Below are positions 53,984 to 64,000 of a DNA stretch of 64,000 nt, piece after piece (positions within the stretch are counted from its first letter, which is position 1; each line of letters opens with the position of its first letter). Under the pieces are notes generated by a model. The model was given only the letters and a program-made list of their open reading frames with translations, searched no databases and was not told the DNA's origin. The DNA is taken from the NCBI GenBank assembly GCA_973895155.1, contig OZ316894.1, positions 16,414,216 through 16,478,215 of the forward strand, given 5' to 3'. This stretch comes from Marsupella aquatica. Its lineage: Eukaryota > Plantae > Marchantiophyta. A program made the position numbers and the translations under genes.

Positions 53984-54293
53984 TGTGGGGAGAAATCAGA
54001 TCAGGAAAAACACTCCAAACATGCACGTGCTCAATAGTTACGTGGTTCGCCTCAAGGTTGGCTACGTCCACGGGAAGACCAAGCTTTATTAGCGGTTATG
54101 TGTGTACTCAAGCATCACCATAGCTCTCATCTCTTGCTATATCCCTGTGTTCTCTCTTGAGAACTCTCTTGTGTGTGTTCTCACACCACATACAAGTTGA
54201 AGAGATAAGGATCAATCTCTTCAACTAGGGTTTACTCTAACCCTAGTTAACATCCTAACCATAGTTCAACCCAAGACTGAGTTAACCTCTACA
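53984..54293 (-). repeat. 5' LTR of copia element 2 (310 bp)
   Basis: Identical to 48275-48584 except for one A/G difference. Confidence 0.95.
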
Positions 54294-54944
54294 TTTTTTC
54301 CATTCAATTGACATGAGCAATTTTGTGTGAGTTTGTAGATAAATTTTGGCATCACTAAGAAACAACCCCAAGCTATCATCTAAGCTTGAAATAGAGGTTT
54401 GTTTCTCTCTTTTTTCCCCATTAAATAAGTGTGATTGCTAAAATTGTTCACTCATAAAGCTAAATCAAGCATGGACTATCTATAATTTAAAATCTAATTT
54501 TCACACATGTTATATTTATCATAATAGTGTTTATTTTCAAATAAATTATCAGAAAAGCTAAAAATTTATAGCATTATCATATATGGATGTGCAAATATAA
54601 GTATATTAATTATTTACCACAACACTTAGAGCTTCTATTTGAATCAACACAATAGATTTATGCAATCTTAACAAAACTATAAGTATTCATAATTTGCAAT
54701 TTCTTTGTAAAAAGCAATGCTCTTGGTAGGTAGATGAGTCTTTTGTAATTGTGTTTCATATTGTTATGATTATCTTAGCACATTACATATTCAGAAAGTG
54801 AAATTTGCCCTTTGTTGGATTCCAAAAATGGAGAAGTTAGCTCTTTGTACCTAAAGTTATTCACTTAAGTTTACTATCAACCAGGTACTATAATTATAAG
54901 GTGCATATCATATTATTCGAGTTATGGCAATATTAAATTATAGT

Positions 54945-55455
54945 ACGCATATATGCAAAGGTCGGTGTAATGTTTGACCCCAATTATAACTTCAAAATCA
55001 ATATAAGGTTACAAGTTAAGGCATTCTGTTACACACATCCGCAAGGGTCGGTGTATTGTTTGACCCCACTTGTACCTTCAAAATTAATATAAAGTTACAA
55101 GTTAAGGCATCCTGGTACACACATCTGCAAGGGTCGGCGTACTGTTTGACCCCAGTTGTAACTTATGAAATCAATATAAGGTAACTACAAGTTAAGACAC
55201 TACATGGTACACACATTTACAAGGGTTAGTGTAGTGCTTGACCCTAGTTGTAACTTCAAAATCAAAATTAATAAGGTTATCTGGGAAGGTTACAAGTCAA
55301 GGCATTTTGGTACACACATCTACAAGGGTCGGTATAATGTTTGACCCCATTTGTAACTTTAAAATCAATAAGGTCATAAATTAAGGCAATTGGTACACAT
55401 GTATTCAAGGGTTTGAGTATTGTTTGACAAGTTGTAACTTAAAAACAAGGTTATA
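54945..55455. repeat. Second array of the 84-bp satellite family (~6 more diverged copies, ~80-110 bp)
   Basis: Repeated GTTACAAGTTAAGGCA..CACACATC..CAAGGGTCGG..TGTTTGACCCC; same unit as 46680-46960. Confidence 0.88.
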
Positions 55456-55954
55456 ATACTCTAGAGTTTACATTCCAAAAATCTAACATTCAATACCATT
55501 TTTCAAAACAATATTTTCATAACTAGACCCTTCCACATGTTAACATCTTAACAATCCTTGCATTAAACTTCAATGTAAGCTTCCCATGACCAAACCCTCG
55601 CTTATTCACCCCACCTTCCTCATGATCTTTCACCCCTACTTATATTTTAGTATTCTTTCCCAATTTACTTGTGTGGCGTCAAGAGGTTGAGAGAATGCTT
55701 TATATGTTGCTTACCAAGCTTATTTATTTATTTATTTTATTGCAATTAAATTGCCTTTTAAAATACACTTTATACCCAACCTGAAGATTTTTCAAATATT
55801 GATTTTTTTCAAAGCCCACATATTGCCCAAGTTCTTCTTATTCTTTAGGCACCATAAAGGGCATAATCTAGTTATGTCAACATCCAAGCATGGATAGGTT
55901 TAGTTTGATAGAGTTGTTTGTGTTGAGAAGTGACATTACTCTTCACACGAGGCA

Positions 55955-56720
55955 TCACACACAAAAGTAATATAGATCGTTGGATTCAAAACATCTAATG
56001 GTATAAAAGTCCTTTTTGAGCTAAGAGACCACATGAGTATTCACACACAAAATGAATCTGGATGGTTGGATTCATAACATCTAACGGTATGAAAGCTCAT
56101 TTTCAGTTGAGAGGCCACACGAGCCTTCACACAAGTCTTCACACACAAAATGGATGTAGATCGTTCGATTCAAACCATCTAATGGCTGGATATTTACGGG
56201 GTGACGTGAAATTTTGACAAAATTTTCAGATTTACGGAAGTCTCTAACTGGACCCGTAATAATTATTCTTTCCCAGTTTTTGAGTGACAACTAGCATAGA
56301 TCTTACATGCGTTATACTTCTCACACACATTACTATTCTTGCGCACTTCCATTCTTGCACACATGACAATTTTTACACAAGCGACATTATTGTGCATCAA
56401 CCCACATTGCACAACTCTCATCATTGATCAACAAACATCAATGGTTAAGACTAGCTTGTTATCTTATTTTATTACCCAAAGTACTACCCAAGTTTTTGTT
56501 TAAATTTGACATCAAAGAATGTGTATCATTCTTGCAAATGAACCCAACATTTTATTCACGGTTGCCACACGAGTGTCTTGAATGGTCACACGAGTGATAC
56601 GACACGTTGCGCAATCTCCACCATTGATAAGTAAAATCCAATGGATAAGAATGAATGGATGATGTGGAATTTTCTCTGAATTTATAAATTTGCAAGAGTC
56701 TCTAACTGGACCCGTAATAA
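55955..56720. repeat. Cluster of short direct repeats (possible non-autonomous DNA-transposon remnant)
   Basis: Three copies of CACACACAAAA..GAT(C/G)GTT(G/C)GATTCA.A.CATCTAA(T/C)GG at ~55957, ~56042 and ~56140; exact 24-nt repeat AGTCTCTAACTGGACCCGTAATAA at 56239-56262 and 56697-56720. Confidence 0.7.
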
Positions 56721-57209
56721 GGTGAATGATTAATATTAATTGGATTTTAAATTAATTTTTAGACCCCTCTTAATTTTAGTGAACATAGAGTATTTTGAAT
56801 GTATTTGGCTCCCCTCATAAAGGTTTAATGTTTCCTTTTCAATCACTCCTTAGTGAATTCTCTTCTTTTTTATGAGAGTGAGGGAAATGAATTTGAATAA
56901 TGTCACATCTGGTGTAGTGAGTTCTCCTCATGGTCTACTTTGCAAAATTTTATAATTTTAATTGAGTTGAATGTCATTACTTAGAAGCAAGTGAGAATCT
57001 ATACTATATGTGCACAACTGCACAACTCTCTAGTAACTTTGTATTTTTTGGGTCATAATGCAATTTTATGTGCATGTGTACTTATGGTTTTGTGTGTTAT
57101 GTCATTCATTCTTAATTGACAGATATTATTTTTTGGCATATACTTTACATGTACCTACTTTTTTATCATAAAACAAAAATGAATTACATATCACTACAAG
57201 ACAAAAAAA

Positions 57210-59090
57210 AGACATTGACCAGAGAAGTGATATTGAGTACAAAAAAGGAAAATTTTTTACGGGTCCATTTGGGTTGTGCTGGTAGATCAGGGCATTTTGT
57301 CAAATGTTTATGTCCATAGGGCTTTATAATACGACTTGTCATCCACTTTATCTAATGTAGTTTTTTGAATGCAACGCTCTGGCAAAGTCACCCCTTTGAT
57401 ACTTGGGGTTCATCTTAGTGGTACAGTCAAGGTGAGTTCATGGAAGTGAGTCTCACTAGCTTGATAAAAATGGTTTCTACATACAAATAGAATTCAAGGG
57501 AAAAAATGGACTGGCTGCGACCTATAGCTAATGGGGCTTTCAGAGCTAGAGTTATCCCAAAAACTTTTATGGACACCAATAAAAGCAAGGCATCACTTCT
57601 ATTGAAACTTATTCCTTTCTAGCTTTCCAAGTCACCCCATGTAAGTCTTTGGATTTGATGAGTTTGGACCTTTTTTTTACATCCCTGAGCTACCATATTA
57701 CTACATACTAGTCCTTTGTTGCCTGTACCATATAAGTTTCTATGGACCTAAAATGTCCCCAATTTTAACTTAAAAAGCTTTTTCCTGCACATATTTGTTT
57801 GTCTCATTAATTAGGTCACAGTCTAGTGCCTTCACTCACGGACGGGTTCTGTTTTACCTGAAATTAATGTCTTTTTTGACAAATAAAAAGGCCTATGATC
57901 TGAGTACAACAGCCCATCTGGGTTATTTTGGCCAATCTGGGAGTTTTGCCAAACATTATGTCCACGAGGGCTTTTTCTTATTCAAATCATCAACCTATTT
58001 ATGGACCCCCATGGGAAGTTCCTTCCATAAAACCTGGATGCACATGCAGCCACATCAACATGATTTGTCTCAAACAAGAACCACTAGTTATGCAAGAAGA
58101 ACCAAATTTGACTATTCGTGTTTGAGTCAAGGCAAAGAAAAACAGTTAGACCCTTTAACTATAAAAACAATAGAAAACTGAAAAGTAATATTTCAAGTAA
58201 ACACAGGAAAGGGTAAACTAGGGGTGAATGAACATAATTCATATTTGGATGAGTTATGATTGATATATCAGTGTTTTCTGGTAATCTAATTTCTATTTAA
58301 TTTACACATTTTTGACATAATGACAAGTAGAAAGAAACTCTTCAAGTCCTATGACATTTACCAAGGTAAACATAAAAAATCCAAGAAACTTTTCAAGTTC
58401 TCTGACATTTACCAAGGTAACTCAAGAAACCCTTTGGCTACTATAAATAGAGGAGTAACAAGCAATGGTGAGAAAGTAACACCATATCTACTATGGGTAG
58501 AGGAATACCAAGGGACTCTAATACCTTTCAACTACAATGGACAAAGTAATATTTTGCATGAATTATATGGAATGTTACATGTATTGTATAGACATAGGGG
58601 TACTAAGGGAAACTTTTTGCATGGAGAGTTACCCTCGGTGTTACCATGAATATACTCCTATTTGTCTTCAATGAAATTATCCTAATTACTTTTAAATTCA
58701 CTTCATTTAGAATACTCCATTGAATTTTTGTCCTCTCATCTATTTATTTCAATGTGCAACTCTTCATGGCTCCAAATAGTTCAACTAAACAACTTAAATA
58801 ACTTTGTATTGGAAACTTAAATACTTGTTCCCGTGTTTCTAGAAAGTAATGCTTGCATGGAGCAGTTTACTGTTGACCAGAAAAGAACTGGTTTTTGGAC
58901 AAATAAAAGTGCTATCTGAGTACAAAAAGGTTTTGTTGCATCCATCTGCATTGTGCTGCTCCATCTGGGAGATTTATGAATACTGTGATCCATGAATCCA
59001 CATACGTACTGAAAGTCACCCCCTTTGATACCTTGAGTTCATTTTAGTGGTGTCAAGGTGAGTTCATGGAAGTGAGTCTCACTAGCTTTA
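57210..59090. repeat. Dispersed repeat modules, with related copies at ~44810-45050
   Basis: AAGTG(C/A)TAT.TGA(G/A)TACA...CAT(C/T)TG(G/C)..TTGTGCT modules at ~57215, ~57875 and ~58875; exact 37-nt repeat at 57426-57462 and 59052-59088. Confidence 0.65.
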
Positions 59091-61653
59091 GGGGTTAGGG
59101 CATTTGAAAATGGGAAAGTTTGCAGATGCACCTCTGCTCGTGCCTTGCTGCTCTTGATCCCCTGCTAGACTAGTAGAGAATTGAGGGTGGATACATAACA
59201 CTAGGGAATCCTAAACTTGTCACTCACCTCACCACTCACTCAATAACTGAGTCACATGTAGATCAAATGTTGGGACGGTTCTAAGCAGGTTTCCTTTCTT
59301 GCTTTTGTTCAATCATTGTGGAGTTTTGCCATCTATTTTGCTTACCGAAATCCTGTTTTCCAAAGGGCAGCTTGTAGCATTCCTCCTACTGAAGTTCCCT
59401 TGTTTATGCCATCTCCCAGTTTGCACCTCTTTCTCAATTGCCCTGTGGATACATTGGGGCTTGGAGCTCTCTTCCTATCTGACATTTGGCCATCCAAATG
59501 GTGCAAATGGAGCTCTGCAGGTGTTCCAGGTAGAGCACGAAGGAGCCATAACCCAATGGCAACAGACTAACTCTGCATATTATTTGGAAATGCAATGCTA
59601 GGCCGATTGGACTTCACTAGGTATGGACAATCTCTCATTTTCCTCCAGTCAGCAATGTGGAAGAGTGGTGTAAACATATTTATTCTTAATTTATCCTCTC
59701 CCAAGAAGGCCATCTTGAGTTTACTAACATGTTTTAGAGACAAAAGCAAACAATACACTCAAAAAGAGTATCACATTTCTGATTTTTGTGGATACTGTGA
59801 AGATTTGTAGCTCTCAAACAAAGCCCTTTCAAGCTGGATTTGAAGCCATCATTCACCTGCATTGGGGGGCTTCCACTCTCAAAGCCATCACTCACCTGGA
59901 GGACTGTTTATGGGTAGAATGCACAGCAGATAGGCAAGAAACATCAATGGATATAATTCCTTTCATTTGGACAAGTTACATTTCTTTTGGGAAGACTGGG
60001 AACTAACTTGGGAGCGTAGCTGGGGCCTCTGCCTTGGGAAAGCTCTTCTATACAACAGCAGGGGTCTAAATCCCCTTCAAGAGCATTTAGTTAGTGTTGT
60101 ATAGAGTCCATTTCATTGTCGGCTTGTAGCCGACAGTTTTGGTCAAGAACGTCGGGTTTTTCAAGGCTCTCAGTTTTCTTGAAGGGGTTTTCCAACTGAA
60201 CGACGAAACGCCCCTTTGTTAGCCCAAAATTCTGACTAGCCTCCGATTCACAACCCTGCCTGCCTGGATAGAATTCCCAGTCCCCACCACATCTGCCATT
60301 GCTGCAACTATGTGGCTGAGCACGACTACCCATCCTTGGGATGCAAATAGAGGTCAGGCCACTGAAAGTTATGCCTGTTTGCCAAAATTGCCTGGGCGAT
60401 TAATGATATAGATAGGCCTGAAAGTGGTTCGCCAGTCAACGAGAGGAAACAGTAGCCTGCAACTCTGCCTGATTCCATGAGACAGTATCCAGTCGCTGTT
60501 CCATCACAGAATACGGGAGCACATCATCCCTCAATGACACTTTGGAACGAGATGCTTACAGTGCCAAGGACAGTAAACACATCACTCGGGTCCCTTGCCA
60601 ATGTGGAGGAGTCACAGGTTATCTTACCTATTTCCTGAAGAAGATCAAAAGCCTAGATGGTCACGAGGAGATTACTGAGGAGAAAGCACGTTGTCTATTC
60701 TTTGCTGAGGGTTCATTAGTTTTCGGCTTTGATTTGGTGGTTCGTCGGGCGCCAGCCAGCGTATCTTTCCAGCCAGGGCACCCGAGAGACCCAATTGGGC
60801 GGCAGTTCTAGCAGAGAGCCGGCTATTCTGCTGCTGTTCTTTGTGCCCTCTTGTCAAGTACTGCAACCATTCTCGTGAACAAAAGGGATGGAATTTGTGC
60901 TCTATGGGCACGGATGTAGCTACGAGCACCTCACCCCAGCAAAGGAGCACTGTCATGTAATTTATCTCGGTCTTCATGAAAATGTCTCCCCCCTTCCCCT
61001 TCCCGCTTTGAGCTCACTGCAATCGCTCCAGCTCCTCCCCCAGTGGGGAAGTAAATTCTCTGACCCTTCACGGGATGGCATAAGATTTTGTACTGTGCAT
61101 GGTTTTTGGGTTGGATGTCGCCAGTTCCCTCGCCGGTCTTCGAATTTACATCTTGGTAAGATTGGTTTCGAGGCGAAGCTGGCGGGCCGAGACAATGAAG
61201 GGGGCCATGGCTGTTACTTTCACTGTTACAGCCACGGGTGGTAGTTTCTGGACATTCTTTGTGTTTCACTTTCATCTGAAAAATTGTCACAATTATGGCC
61301 AATTTTTAACATACTCAAAAGCTTTCAACTCTTTTCTTATTGCAATCGGTGAGCTTTGGGCTTCAAAATCAAAGTAAAGACATCTCGCTTTTCTCAGATG
61401 CGCACCTAAGAAGATAATTTCATCACTCATACCTACGGCTACACTGCAGTGAGTAACTTCTCATAAACCAATTGTAACAGGGAAATCTTCTGTTCGCCGA
61501 TTTTACATACTCATTTAAGAGCTTTTCTTATTGCAATTGGTAAGCTTTGGGCTTCAAAAATCAAAGTGAAGACATGTTCGCTTTTCAACCACCGACTACT
61601 GAACGACTCGTCTCAAAAGCACACCTAGCAAGATATTTTCATCACTGTCATAC

Positions 61654-63734
<2,081 letters not shown>

Positions 63735-64000
63735 GTCAACTACTTGATCGGCAACCAAACTGGGACGGCCTAATCTCTCTGGTACAGACACGTCCTTTAG
63801 AATGAACAACCTCACCAAAAACCTCCCATAGTTTCCCGCGTTAGCTAGAGTGGCAGATCAGGTCACGAACATCGCACATCAAGTATTGCACTGAACTTTT
63901 TCTATGCTATAAGTTTCCTGGCCCCTTCAAATGTCCTCCAAGTGCGCTGTAGTTCGTAGCAAATCGAATCCTCTTGCCTCCGAAGTTCTCCGACTGTTCC

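Larger units (their letters stand above)
48275..54293 (-). mobile_element. Full-length Ty1/copia LTR retrotransposon, Tork/Tnt1-like
   Basis: Two 310-bp TG...CA LTRs with 1 mismatch; tRNA-iMet PBS; PPT; imperfect TSD TTTTG/TTTTT; single gag-pol frame with Tnt1-like motifs (FEVEKFDG, LVLYVDDMLIA, KHIDVRYHFIR). Confidence 0.96.

Noticed and set aside
59087-59100. Telomere-like TTTAGGGGTTAGGG
   Set aside because: Only two imperfect units, which is compatible with chance.
59280-61260. Coding-like composition with weak LINE-like fragments on the minus strand (CGGDWEF; ICTIWMAKC)
   Set aside because: No continuous frame, no RT motif and no consistent splice pattern, so it cannot be called without a translated search.
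63832-63839. E2F-type TTTCCCGC upstream of the CSU4-like ATG (and a near match at ~40305 upstream of AUG4)
   Set aside because: Single 8-mers are expected by chance, and the TSS positions are unknown.

Overview
This is 64 kb of land-plant nuclear DNA; a bryophyte/liverwort-like origin is inferred from gene style and is not proven. Five intron-containing host genes were reconstructed exon by exon with consistent reading-frame phases: (1) a ~1008-aa low-complexity plant protein (+, 17682-22349); (2) a PP2A B'' regulatory subunit (+, 27180-32093); (3) augmin subunit 4 (-, 35194-39453); (4) PsbP/OEE2 (-, 42770-44256); (5) a CSU4/At5g63440-like DUF167 protein (-, 61654-63734). There are two young full-length Ty1/copia LTR retrotransposons: a Bianca-like element (+, 4183-10086, 150-bp LTRs, half-tRNA-Ile PBS, disrupted pol) and a Tork/Tnt1-like element (-, 48275-54293, 310-bp LTRs, one premature stop). 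Intergenic DNA is rich in palindromic tandem and dispersed repeats and local duplications. The most notable oddities are an inverted, intron-containing copy of AUG4 exons 8-9 just downstream of the PsbP stop (a possible antisense/siRNA source); a ~300-nt insertion inside the Bianca RT that carries a second PPT and could be removed in frame as a GT-AG intron; a candidate divergent orphan transcript at ~14.8-16.0 kb; and a ~2-kb satellite-tailed tandem duplication that provides an empty-site paralog for the second copia. All homology calls are from motif recall, not database searches.
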